Source of the DNA: a virus
Length of the DNA: 64,000 bases
Virus record (IMG/VR): IMGVR_UViG_3300033571_024432
Span: 32,001 to 96,000 of that record
Reading direction: 5' to 3' (one strand)
Shown here: positions 39,486-49,345 of the stretch, piece after piece
Numbering within the stretch: position 1 is the stretch's first letter
How the letters are laid out: every line of letters begins with the position of its first letter
Notes under the pieces: model-generated
What the model was told of the DNA's origin: nothing
The model's database searches: none
What the model saw: only the letters and a program-made list of their open reading frames with translations
Made by a program: the position numbers and the translations under genes

Positions 39486-42212
39486 ATGTCACTAAATATA
39501 TTAAAAAATTATATTAAAATGATATCTGAGGGTAGCGCATCTACAGATTTAAGTCCTAATAAATTAAATGCAGGATATATGTCTAAAATTTTTGGAAAAA
39601 ACAGAAGCAAATCTAATATCGATCAATATAATTTTAAATTACTTGCTGAAATTAATGAAAAATTAGAAAATTTTGATTATGATGAAATGCATAATAATTA
39701 TAATATTGACAAAGAAGATATAAATTATAAAAAAAATTTAGCAATATATTATGCTATTTTAGGTAAATTACTAAATAATAGTTTATTAAAAAATATTTTT
39801 ATAAAAAAAAATTTTACAAATGATCAATATATATACATTCCTGAAAACGCTATTTATACAACTGCTGATTATACAAATATTTCCAAAGGCGAAATAATAT
39901 TAAAAAAAATAGATGAAGAAGATGAAAATTATGATGAAGAAAATTTAATAATTAATGAACTTAATAAACTTTTAAATATTTTAATGAGTGTTTACGATTT
40001 TTCTGTACATGATACAGAAAATATAAAGTTTGATATCGATGAAAAATATTTTAATATATCAGAATTTGTGTCTGCCAAACCGAATGCAAATCAAACTAAA
40101 AAACAAATATATGAACAACAAACAGGCGCAGATTATAACGCTCAAGTTAATTTTGCACAATTTTTATTAAATATATCAGGATCTGATATATTTATTTCTT
40201 TTGTTGATCCATATGAAAAAAATAAAAATGGCACTTTTAAAGTACCTCTTTTAGGTATAAATCCAAATGCGACATTTGGGACTCCACATGGTATATATGC
40301 ATATCCTTTTGATAAACATAATGCTTTAAGTTATATAGCTACTGGTACAGCAACTCATGCAAAATTCGCTAGAAAAAGAGAATATTTTCATTTAATTAGA
40401 GTTGATTTAAATCATCCGAATGTATTAAATATCGATGAATCAGGTAACTCAAAAATTGGTAGTAGAAAGTATGATAAAAATGATTATCAAAAAGATTTTA
40501 ATGAACTTGTTAGAATGGCAAATATTTTATTTAATTTTCCTTTATCACGTAATTTTTCAGGAAATATTTTAGATTTAGAAAATAATATTACAGATTTAAA
40601 ATATTCTCATACAAAAACTAGTATTTCACATATGTACACAGGCGTTACAAATAATTTAAGATATTTATTTAAGAAAGTAGCAACAGAATTAAATATTGAT
40701 GCTCAATTAACTGATAAGAAAATTAATGAAATAATAAATGATATTGCTAATTCTTGCGGTTTAACAGACTATGTTATGAAAAACTATGTTAATAAAATAA
40801 TTGGTAATAATATTGATAAAAATAATTTTGATAAAAATGCAGAGGAGCAATTTTATGATTTTGTTGAAGAATTTAAAAATATAACAGTAGAAGAGTTGCC
40901 TTCAAAAAGTAGTATTTATAGAAATTTTGTAAAAAATTATCCTCAATTTAATAATTTAATGAAAAAACATTATGATAATTATATGCAAGAAAATTTGCCT
41001 GAAAGATATTCAGAATTAGTTCCTGATAGTACAAATAGTATAAATATTAAAGATTTTATGACAAATAATGATGTTTTAAATGCAAAATTTCAATATAAAA
41101 AGCATGATCCTCTAGGAAATATATCAACTAATTCAAATGCTGAATTGGCTGATAGGATACTTAGTAATATAGTTATTATTAAAGATGAATTAAATAAAAT
41201 AAAAGATTTTGGCGTCCGTATTTGGAAAGCAGCATTTTTTATATCAAGGATTTTTTCTTATAATCAAAAAAATCAAAACTTTAATATTACACGTCTAATG
41301 CATGATGCAAAAAGTAATAGTTTTATTAGTTCTCATGAAGGAAGATCTGAATTTTTTTCATTATTGTTAAATTCAATTGGCATTAAATGTGTGATTGATC
41401 AAGGTAGTGGTACTGTTCATGGAAATGAACCATCTCAAATGCATATTGCAACATTTGGAGAGGATAATTCTTTTTATGGATATATTGGCACATTTGATAA
41501 CATTTTTGAATATGGAGATCAAGGTGAAGCCATAGAAGAGTTAAGAGAAAAAAAGCGTAGAGAACTTATTATTAGCGCATTAGGGGGAGAAAATATAGAA
41601 AATTTTACTGGAACTCAACCTGCTTTTTATCTAAGAAACAAATCTCCTAAAGAATTTAAAGCAGAGAATGAAAAAAGTGCAAGAAAATTGACAGATGCAT
41701 ATTTAGAATATGTCTTGAGATACAATAAACCTAAAGTTGATTATGGCCCATTGGGACCTCCAGGAAATAGATATATACCAAAAAATCCAAAGATTGAAAA
41801 GAAAGATAAAACACAAGCACTTTCGACAGAAAACCCTTTAATATATAATCAACTAAAAGCAACAAATATTTTATCAGATATATATGAAAAAATATATGCA
41901 TTAAATGACGACATAAAAAATGAAAATTGGTATCGTGATATTGTTGAAAAAATTAATCAGAATTATTTCGATGATACTAAATATAAAGATTATTATCTAC
42001 TTCAAGATGAATATGGAAATATGCCACATGGTTATACAAACGCAATTGGTAAAAAGCCAGAAAAAGATGAAATTAAGCATTTTAAAGATGGTCGTAATAT
42101 GAGGAATATGCCTATTGGTAAATTTCACTGGAGAAATCCTACTGTAAATGAAAATTTAAATAAAGAAATATTTAATGCTTTAAAGTATAAAAAATTAAAG
42201 TTATTATATTAA
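39486..42212 (+). CDS. TPHGIY/HxNEPxQ family protein 3 (largest, with internal insertion) with LxE leader
   Basis: SGSDIFISFVDP, TFGTPHGIYAYPFD and CVIDQGSGTVHGNEPSQ. Leader ILKNYIKMISEG. Confidence 0.55.
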   Translation: MSLNILKNYIKMISEGSASTDLSPNKLNAGYMSKIFGKNRSKSNIDQYNFKLLAEINEKLENFDYDEMHNNYNIDKEDINYKKNLAIYYAILGKLLNNSLLKNIFIKKNFTNDQYIYIPENAIYTTADYTNISKGEIILKKIDEEDENYDEENLIINELNKLLNILMSVYDFSVHDTENIKFDIDEKYFNISEFVSAKPNANQTKKQIYEQQTGADYNAQVNFAQFLLNISGSDIFISFVDPYEKNKNGTFKVPLLGINPNATFGTPHGIYAYPFDKHNALSYIATGTATHAKFARKREYFHLIRVDLNHPNVLNIDESGNSKIGSRKYDKNDYQKDFNELVRMANILFNFPLSRNFSGNILDLENNITDLKYSHTKTSISHMYTGVTNNLRYLFKKVATELNIDAQLTDKKINEIINDIANSCGLTDYVMKNYVNKIIGNNIDKNNFDKNAEEQFYDFVEEFKNITVEELPSKSSIYRNFVKNYPQFNNLMKKHYDNYMQENLPERYSELVPDSTNSINIKDFMTNNDVLNAKFQYKKHDPLGNISTNSNAELADRILSNIVIIKDELNKIKDFGVRIWKAAFFISRIFSYNQKNQNFNITRLMHDAKSNSFISSHEGRSEFFSLLLNSIGIKCVIDQGSGTVHGNEPSQMHIATFGEDNSFYGYIGTFDNIFEYGDQGEAIEELREKKRRELIISALGGENIENFTGTQPAFYLRNKSPKEFKAENEKSARKLTDAYLEYVLRYNKPKVDYGPLGPPGNRYIPKNPKIEKKDKTQALSTENPLIYNQLKATNILSDIYEKIYALNDDIKNENWYRDIVEKINQNYFDDTKYKDYYLLQDEYGNMPHGYTNAIGKKPEKDEIKHFKDGRNMRNMPIGKFHWRNPTVNENLNKEIFNALKYKKLKLLY

Positions 42213-43471
42213 TAAAAATTTAATATATTTTCTAAAGTGCTTTTCGAAATAAATATACCATATTTTTTCCATTTTTCGATATTATCTTCTATATAATCTA
42301 AAATATTTAAATCTACATTATATTTTGAAGTGTATTCTCTTGAAAGATAAGCATTTAATAGTTCATTAATAATATTTCTTATATAATCTATTTGTGTTTC
42401 ATCCCTTAATCCTGTATTATGATTAATAGGTGCTAGAGTATTAAAATTTGTTAAAGTTTTAAACTGATTTAAATCAATTAATGAAAAATATTTCATTTTA
42501 TCAATAGGTTGTATGTTTAACATTATTTTTTCCAAATGATTTAAAATATTTAAACTTATTCCTGTTTTTTTATTAATTTCTATTTTTAAATTATCATTAA
42601 ACTCAAATTCTGTTTCTCCATATTTTGAGTTTAAGTAAAATGTATTATTTGAAGTAATTACGCTGGTTATTTTATTGCAATATATTTTTTCGCCAGAATT
42701 AGTTATTATTTTTTTTAAACCTAAAGAAATTTTATTATGTCCTGATATATCGTTTTCTGGTAAAAAATAAAATATATTATCGCCGCTGAAAAAATATGTA
42801 TTAAATAAATTTGAATCTAAACGAGCTGTACACCATTTTGTATCATCTTTATTATTTAAAACAATATCCTCAGCTAACCAATTTGTTCTAGCCCAAAAAA
42901 TTGAAGACGCCATATTTAATGGACAAACTACTAAAAAGCCATCAATAATATTATTATTAAATGGATAGAATGTTTTATTTTTTTTTAATAAATTTTTTTC
43001 TTCAATGATTCTGTTTAATCCTGATATTTCTGATTTTTCTTGTATTTTTTGATAAACAAATAATAATTTTTCATATGTATTTGTTGAATATTCATAGTTA
43101 TTTTTATTATAGTTTAACATAAAATCATAAATATAATCTTTAAAAATAATACCATTTGTTGTTTTTTTAGATGTAACATCTTTTTGTTGATATAAAAACA
43201 ATAATGATGTGCATATATTTTCTATATAATATTGTATATTTGATTCATTAAATTTAGAAATATCATTAATACATTCATATAAAACATCAATAAAAAAACG
43301 TCCTGGTGAATTTTGATTATATAAAGAATATTTTATATTAATATTTTCAAATGTTTCATTAATTAAATTGAAAATAACATTTTTTTCTTTTAAATTAAAT
43401 AATTTATATTTTGTCTCAAATAAAATATTTTCTCTTATTATTTTTTTGAAATCTGCTAATTTAATTATCAA
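42209..43471 (-). CDS. Hypothetical protein with LxE leader and KWCTA motif
   Basis: FKKIIRENILFET; TKWCTA..N.F..Y motif. Confidence 0.55.
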   Translation of the reverse strand: MIIKLADFKKIIRENILFETKYKLFNLKEKNVIFNLINETFENINIKYSLYNQNSPGRFFIDVLYECINDISKFNESNIQYYIENICTSLLFLYQQKDVTSKKTTNGIIFKDYIYDFMLNYNKNNYEYSTNTYEKLLFVYQKIQEKSEISGLNRIIEEKNLLKKNKTFYPFNNNIIDGFLVVCPLNMASSIFWARTNWLAEDIVLNNKDDTKWCTARLDSNLFNTYFFSGDNIFYFLPENDISGHNKISLGLKKIITNSGEKIYCNKITSVITSNNTFYLNSKYGETEFEFNDNLKIEINKKTGISLNILNHLEKIMLNIQPIDKMKYFSLIDLNQFKTLTNFNTLAPINHNTGLRDETQIDYIRNIINELLNAYLSREYTSKYNVDLNILDYIEDNIEKWKKYGIFISKSTLENILNFY

Positions 43472-43531
43472 TTTAATATATCCTTATATTTTATTCATAA
43501 TTATATTTAAAAAAGTATAAGAGTTAGATAA

Positions 43532-44464
43532 ATGAAAGAAAAAACAATAAGATTATATATAAAAAATTTATTAGAATCTAAATTTTTAGCAATGGCTTCA
43601 GATGACTTAAATGCAGATAATATTAGTCGTTTTTTTAATCAAAGATTAAATTTTATAGATATAAAAAATGTAAATGATTTAAAAGATTATTTAATAGATA
43701 TTTCTGGACCTGATGTTTTTATTTCATTTACAAACCCATGGAATCAAAATATTCCTACTTTTTCAATAAATCCTATAGCAAAGTTTGGAACTCCACACGG
43801 AATATATTTTTATCCCTTTGATATAAAAAATGCTATTAAATTTATAAATGAAGGTAAACCTACAAATGCTAATTTTGCAATCAGAAATGATTATTTTCAT
43901 TTGTTAAAAGTAGATTTAAATCATCCAAGTGTATTGATATTAAATCAAGATGAAACAGTAAATAGAAAAGATTTATCAATTATTGAATTTAAAATATGTT
44001 TAAATGAAATAATAAGAATATGTAAAGAATACTCAAATATTGAAATAAATAAAAATGAATTATTTTTTGAATTAAAAAAATATAATAAACAATATAACAA
44101 TTTTTATATAAAATTATATCAAATATGTGGTATAATATCAAAAAAAGTATCATTAAAAAATAATTCTGAATTATTTGGTTTATTATTAAATAGTTTGAAT
44201 ATAAAGTGTGTAATTGATCGTGGTTTAGGTGTAATACATCATAATGAACCTAATCAAATGCATATTTTACAATATGATGATAATGATAGTTTTTATGAAT
44301 ATATTGGCACTTTTAAAAATTTAATTAAAGATTACGTTTATTTTGAAGACAGAACTATTGCACAACCTAAAAAAGATTTTCAAAATATAAACAATTTATT
44401 AAAACAAAAATCATTAAATATCGATGATGTTATGAATAATCCTAATTTTAAAATTAATAATTAA
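43532..44464 (+). CDS. TPHGIY/HxNEPxQ family protein 4 (minimal core) with LxE leader
   Basis: SGPDVFISF, KFGTPHGIYFYPFD and CVIDRGLGVIHHNEPNQ. Leader IRLYIKNLLES. Confidence 0.55.
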   Translation: MKEKTIRLYIKNLLESKFLAMASDDLNADNISRFFNQRLNFIDIKNVNDLKDYLIDISGPDVFISFTNPWNQNIPTFSINPIAKFGTPHGIYFYPFDIKNAIKFINEGKPTNANFAIRNDYFHLLKVDLNHPSVLILNQDETVNRKDLSIIEFKICLNEIIRICKEYSNIEINKNELFFELKKYNKQYNNFYIKLYQICGIISKKVSLKNNSELFGLLLNSLNIKCVIDRGLGVIHHNEPNQMHILQYDDNDSFYEYIGTFKNLIKDYVYFEDRTIAQPKKDFQNINNLLKQKSLNIDDVMNNPNFKINN

Positions 44465-44544
44465 TATTACATACGTGAATATTTAAAATTTTTTATTTAA
44501 AATTTTTTTATAACTACAAAATTTAATAATATTAAAAGAGTAAA

Positions 44545-45477
44545 ATGATGAATAGCATTTCAAAACTAAATAAACCTATTGAGAATAGTTATTGGGTAAT
44601 ACCTAATACATTTTTAGCTGCAGAATATCCTAGAACAATTGATGAAGATGAATCACATGAAAAAATAAAAAACATTTTAAAATCAGGTATTACATGTTTT
44701 GTTGATTTAACTGATGATAAGCATTTAAAAGAATATGAATATATTATCGATAAATATAAAAAAGAATATCCAGGTGTTAAAAGAATCAATTTTAAAATAA
44801 AAGATGGATATACACCTAGTGTTGATTTTATGGATCAAATTTTAAATAAAATTGACGAATTATTATGTAATGGCGAAAAGATATATCTTCATTGTTGGGG
44901 CGGAATTGGAAGAACAGGTACTGTTGTTGATTGTTGGTTACATAAAAATGTTAATGGAAGAATTAATAATAATGTAGGTAAAAATAATTTTACAGGAAAA
45001 GTTGAAAGTGATCTAAATTTAGTTAAATTATGGTGTACTAATTTTAAAGCACTTAGAAAAAGAGAACCTAAAAAACCAACGAATCATAGACAAAGAATAT
45101 TTGTAGGTAATTGGATTGATGAATATATCAAAAATAATAAATTAAATCAAACACATTTAAATGTAAATGAAGTTTTAAATAGAAATATAAATTTAGATTT
45201 AAATAGTTTAAATGAAAATTTATATAAAAATCTGATAAAAATTATTGATATTATGAATGTAAAAATAGAAGATAAAGAGTATTTTTGTCAAAATGTATTA
45301 TTAAATTTACTTAAAAAATACAATAAAGTAAATATTGAAACGCAAAATTTTTCTTTAATTTTTCAAAATAAAAATAATGATTTTATAACTTTAAAATTTA
45401 TAGATTTAAAAGAAAACAAAAAAATAAATACTTTTTTGTTTTGCAGTAATGGATTTAGACAAATAGAAGGTTTATAA
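44545..45477 (+). CDS. Cys-dependent (PTP/dual-specificity) phosphatase
   Basis: CX5R signature IYLHCWGGIGRTG; N-terminal SYWVIP...AAEYP and FVDLT. Confidence 0.85.
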   Translation: MMNSISKLNKPIENSYWVIPNTFLAAEYPRTIDEDESHEKIKNILKSGITCFVDLTDDKHLKEYEYIIDKYKKEYPGVKRINFKIKDGYTPSVDFMDQILNKIDELLCNGEKIYLHCWGGIGRTGTVVDCWLHKNVNGRINNNVGKNNFTGKVESDLNLVKLWCTNFKALRKREPKKPTNHRQRIFVGNWIDEYIKNNKLNQTHLNVNEVLNRNINLDLNSLNENLYKNLIKIIDIMNVKIEDKEYFCQNVLLNLLKKYNKVNIETQNFSLIFQNKNNDFITLKFIDLKENKKINTFLFCSNGFRQIEGL

Positions 45478-45552
45478 TTATTTAAATTTTAAATAAAAAA
45501 TTTTTATAAAATAAAAAAAAATAAATAATAATAAAAATTTATAAAATAAAAG

Positions 45553-46122
45553 GTGAGTATGATTGACCCTAAATTTATTGTATATACAGGTCCTATGTAT
45601 GGATCAAAAACTACTAAATTGTTAGCGATGATTGATAGATTTGCTAGACAAAAGAAAAATGTGATTGCTTTTAAACCTAAAATAGATAATAGATATGCAG
45701 ATTCATATATACAATCTCATAATGGTGGTAAATTTACAGCATATCAAGTATCAAACGGACATGAACTATTAAATGAATTAAAAAAGCAAGAATTAAATAA
45801 TAAAATTAATTATGATGTGATTGCAATAGATGAAGCATTTATGATTGATGATTGTTCAGATGCATTAATTGGATTATTTTGTAATGGTTATACAATTATT
45901 GTATCGTCTATTCAATTAGATGCACATTTTAAACCATTTACTGAAATTATGAAAATTATGCCTTATGCAACACAAATTGAAATTTGTCCCGCTGTATGTC
46001 CTATAACAGGAAATGATGCTTACTATACAATGGCCAAATTTGATTATAAAGAAGTTACTGTTGGTGGAGACATTTTATATGAACCAAGAAGTTGGTCTGC
46101 ATTCCCAATAATCAAAGGATAA
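45553..46122 (+). CDS. tdk: Thymidine kinase
   Basis: YTGPMYGSKTT, AFKPKIDNRY, IAIDEAF and VGG..LY. Confidence 0.88.
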   Translation: MSMIDPKFIVYTGPMYGSKTTKLLAMIDRFARQKKNVIAFKPKIDNRYADSYIQSHNGGKFTAYQVSNGHELLNELKKQELNNKINYDVIAIDEAFMIDDCSDALIGLFCNGYTIIVSSIQLDAHFKPFTEIMKIMPYATQIEICPAVCPITGNDAYYTMAKFDYKEVTVGGDILYEPRSWSAFPIIKG

Positions 46123-46126
46123 AATC

Positions 46127-46531
46127 ATGACAAGACCTACTTGGAAAGAAATATGGATGAATGTAACAGAATTAATTGCACAACGTTCTCATCATCCTAC
46201 ATTTAAGGTTGGTGCAATTATTACATCAAATGATAATACACAAATTTTATCAATAGGTTATAATGGTAATGAAGCAGGAGGTAATAATATACCTGATAGC
46301 TGTGAGCCTGGTATGAGTGGATTATTACATGCAGAAATAAATTGTTTAATTAAATTAGATTATAATAATTATAAAGATAAAACAATGTGGCTAACGTTAA
46401 GTCCTTGTGCACAATGTGCAAAAGCAATTGTAAATGCTGGTATTAAAAGTGTTATATATAAAAATCAATATCGTGATATTGAAGGAATTAATATATTAGT
46501 AAATTCAGGAGTTAATGTCGAAAAATATTAA
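46127..46531 (+). CDS. dCMP deaminase (ComEB-like)
   Basis: KVGAII, IGYNG, HAEIN and LSPCAQC. Confidence 0.9.
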   Translation: MTRPTWKEIWMNVTELIAQRSHHPTFKVGAIITSNDNTQILSIGYNGNEAGGNNIPDSCEPGMSGLLHAEINCLIKLDYNNYKDKTMWLTLSPCAQCAKAIVNAGIKSVIYKNQYRDIEGINILVNSGVNVEKY

Positions 46532-46593
46532 TAATTAATATATAAGTATTGACAATATTTTATAATTAAAATATAAAAAGGAATTATGTTATT

Positions 46594-47097
46594 ATGTTTC
46601 AATTGAATGAAAATAGTATGAAACGTATTATGCGTGAGGAATATTTTAAAAGATTAAAACATTTTTTACAAGAAGAAATGTCTATAATGTATAAAAATGG
46701 TTCAAATGAAATAGATGTATTGTCAGATGCTTCAAAATTAAAAGTAAGAAATGATAAAAGTGGTTTAGAATATACTGTTTTAAAATTTGATAAAGCTAAT
46801 AAAAAGGTTGTATTATTATGTCCTGAATTTTCTAGATTTGATTCTAGTTATAAACCTAAATCAACAAAAAAATTAACTGAGGTTGATTTTGATAATGATG
46901 GTGTTGATGATTTAAGTATTAAATTAAACAAAATAGATAGTTTATTAGACGATGAAGATGAAAAAGATTCTAGAAAAACAACGAATGATAAAATAAAATT
47001 AATGGATTTTAATAAAGATGATGATTCAAGCATATCTAAAAATAAAGATTATATTATCGTTGATTTAGATGAATTTATTAAAGAATATAGTTTATAA
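46594..47097 (+). CDS. Hypothetical protein with LxE leader
   Basis: MFQLNENSMKRIMREEYFKRLKHFLQEE. Confidence 0.6.
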   Translation: MFQLNENSMKRIMREEYFKRLKHFLQEEMSIMYKNGSNEIDVLSDASKLKVRNDKSGLEYTVLKFDKANKKVVLLCPEFSRFDSSYKPKSTKKLTEVDFDNDGVDDLSIKLNKIDSLLDDEDEKDSRKTTNDKIKLMDFNKDDDSSISKNKDYIIVDLDEFIKEYSL

Positions 47098-47108
47098 AAG
47101 GATATAAA

Positions 47109-47840
47109 ATGTTTGATAAAAAATTAGAAAATTTAGTTAAACAAAGCGTTATTAAAACAATGAATGAAAATAACGTTTTATTAAAAAATAGTAATATTAA
47201 AAATGAAAATGAAAAAAAATTAAATGAAGCATATGTTGCACAACCAACAAACTTTAATTTAAATACTGAATTGTTATCAGAAAAAACAAAAATAGCCCAT
47301 CAGGAATTATTTGAAGGTTATATAAAAGAATTAAATACTGTTTCTGCAAAATTAGATACAGCTGATCGTGAAAATGTTAATCCAAATAATAGTCAATTTC
47401 GTTCTTTAAAATTAGATGAAATACATAATCATAATGCTTCATTTTTACACGGTTTATATTTTCAAAATATAAGCGATGTAAATAGTGAAATAACAGCAGA
47501 TAGTTTAGCATTTATGAGAATTGAAAGGGATTTTGGAAGTTTTGATTTGTGGCAAGAAGATTTTATTGCTTGTTGTATGTCTTCAAGAAATGGTTGGGCT
47601 ATGACTGTATATAGTTCAACATTAAAAAGATATATTAATACTATAGTAGATTTACATGATCAACATGTTTTAATAAGTTCTTTTCCTGTAATTGTTATGG
47701 ATTGTTGGGAACATAGTTATTATAGAGATTATTTAAAAAATAGAAAAGCCTATGTATATGGTATGATGAAAGAATTAAATTGGAATGTCATTGAAGAACG
47801 TTTCAAAATAGCAGATAAAATAGGAGCTTTAATTAAATGA
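47109..47840 (+). CDS. Fe/Mn superoxide dismutase-like protein with N-terminal LxE extension
   Basis: AHQELFEGY, LHGLYF, DFGSFDLW, SRNGW and DCWEHSYYRDY. The extension ends KKLNEA. Confidence 0.85.
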   Translation: MFDKKLENLVKQSVIKTMNENNVLLKNSNIKNENEKKLNEAYVAQPTNFNLNTELLSEKTKIAHQELFEGYIKELNTVSAKLDTADRENVNPNNSQFRSLKLDEIHNHNASFLHGLYFQNISDVNSEITADSLAFMRIERDFGSFDLWQEDFIACCMSSRNGWAMTVYSSTLKRYINTIVDLHDQHVLISSFPVIVMDCWEHSYYRDYLKNRKAYVYGMMKELNWNVIEERFKIADKIGALIK

Positions 47841-48877
47841 TCAAAAGAAATAATTTAAATTATATTGAAAAACTTTTATTAGAAAAAAAACTGCCTAGTT
47901 TAAAAATTTTATTAGAAGACGAAGAAAAACAATCAAAAACTAAAGAATCAAAACCTGCAGAAAATAAATCTTCAAGTACTGATTCATCAAGGCAAAGTAG
48001 TTCTGGTGATAGTGCGGCTGCAGATAATAACACGGGTGGTGATACAGGAGGTACTGGTGGTGGGTTAGATGATTTATTTGCAGATTCAGGAAGTGGTGGA
48101 GATACAGGCGACGGTGAAGAAGGTGGTGGAGATGTAGGTGGTGGAGATATTTTTGCAGGTGGAGGTGGTGATCCAAATGCGCAACAAGACATTAGTCAAC
48201 AGTCTGCTGATCCTGAAAAGGAAAAGGATGAAAAGGAAAAGAAAATTAAAAAAGGTCTTAAATTAGCTGCAGATACATTATATGATGTGTCTAGCGGAGG
48301 CTTTGACCCAAATATAAGTCATCAAATTACTCAGAATTTATTTGATATTAAAAATGAATCAAGATTTTACAATAAAAATAAAAAGAAGTTAATTGAAAAT
48401 ATTAGCAAATTTTTATTTAAAAATGTAAAAGATTATGATATTAAAAAATATAAAAAATTATCATTAAAAGATAAAAGTTTTTATTTAAACGAAAAAAAAT
48501 TATTAAGAATGAATAAAATTTTATTAGAAAATGAAACTGACGATATTATAGGTGATAAATTTTGGCAAGAAAATGCACCAATTGATGCTATTGTAAATAA
48601 TGCTGTTGAATTGACGAATAATTTTATAGATAAAGTTGATATACCATCATTAATTATAAATTCTGTATCTATTAAATTTGGTAAAATGGCAGGCGAAGAG
48701 CAAGAAGAAAATAAAAATGCGCCAAATGAATATAAGCAAAAATTGGCAGATTTTATTCAAAAATATACATCAGCATTAAAAAATATACCTGATTATAAAA
48801 ATTATCCTACAGATAAATTTGCAGTTAATTCAAATATTCCTGATATTCAAGCAGTTGGTGCTTCAAATAGTCAATAA
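47837..48877 (+). CDS. Hypothetical protein with LxE leaders and Gly/Asp-rich linker
   Basis: KLLLEK, ILLED and internal ILLEN; GGDTGGTGGGLDDLF... region. Confidence 0.65.
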   Translation: MIKRNNLNYIEKLLLEKKLPSLKILLEDEEKQSKTKESKPAENKSSSTDSSRQSSSGDSAAADNNTGGDTGGTGGGLDDLFADSGSGGDTGDGEEGGGDVGGGDIFAGGGGDPNAQQDISQQSADPEKEKDEKEKKIKKGLKLAADTLYDVSSGGFDPNISHQITQNLFDIKNESRFYNKNKKKLIENISKFLFKNVKDYDIKKYKKLSLKDKSFYLNEKKLLRMNKILLENETDDIIGDKFWQENAPIDAIVNNAVELTNNFIDKVDIPSLIINSVSIKFGKMAGEEQEENKNAPNEYKQKLADFIQKYTSALKNIPDYKNYPTDKFAVNSNIPDIQAVGASNSQ

Positions 48878-48916
48878 AAAATAAACATTATAAAAAAAAG
48901 AATATAATTTTATATT

Positions 48917-49345
48917 ATGAAAGATAACAATAAAAATAAAGGATTGTCAATTCAAACAGAGGCTGAAAAATTTGGTATTGCTCAAAAATATATTATGCGA
49001 GTTAGTACAACTCATCCTCAAATGAGATTTTTTAAATCTTTATTGGTTTTAAGAGATTTAACAACACAAGATTTTTTTCATACATTTTTTAGATTAGTAA
49101 TGGATGAAGATGAAAAAATAGTTGGTTTAATTGAAGAAGCTTATAAAATGAAAAAAGACAAGAGCATATCTAGATTAGTAAATCATGATAAGGAAAATAT
49201 ATATGAGCTTATTGAAAAACATTCTCCAATTGATCCAGGAGGAATTGGAGAAACAGAGTATAATGAATCAGAGTGGGGACCAAAAAATTATAAACAAAGA
49301 CTTAGAGTCAACAGAGAAATATGTTCAAGAGACTCAGACGAATGA
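48917..49345 (+). CDS. Hypothetical protein (possible small DNA-binding protein)
   Basis: 142-aa ORF whose 3' end overlaps the next ORF. Confidence 0.55.
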   Translation: MKDNNKNKGLSIQTEAEKFGIAQKYIMRVSTTHPQMRFFKSLLVLRDLTTQDFFHTFFRLVMDEDEKIVGLIEEAYKMKKDKSISRLVNHDKENIYELIEKHSPIDPGGIGETEYNESEWGPKNYKQRLRVNREICSRDSDE

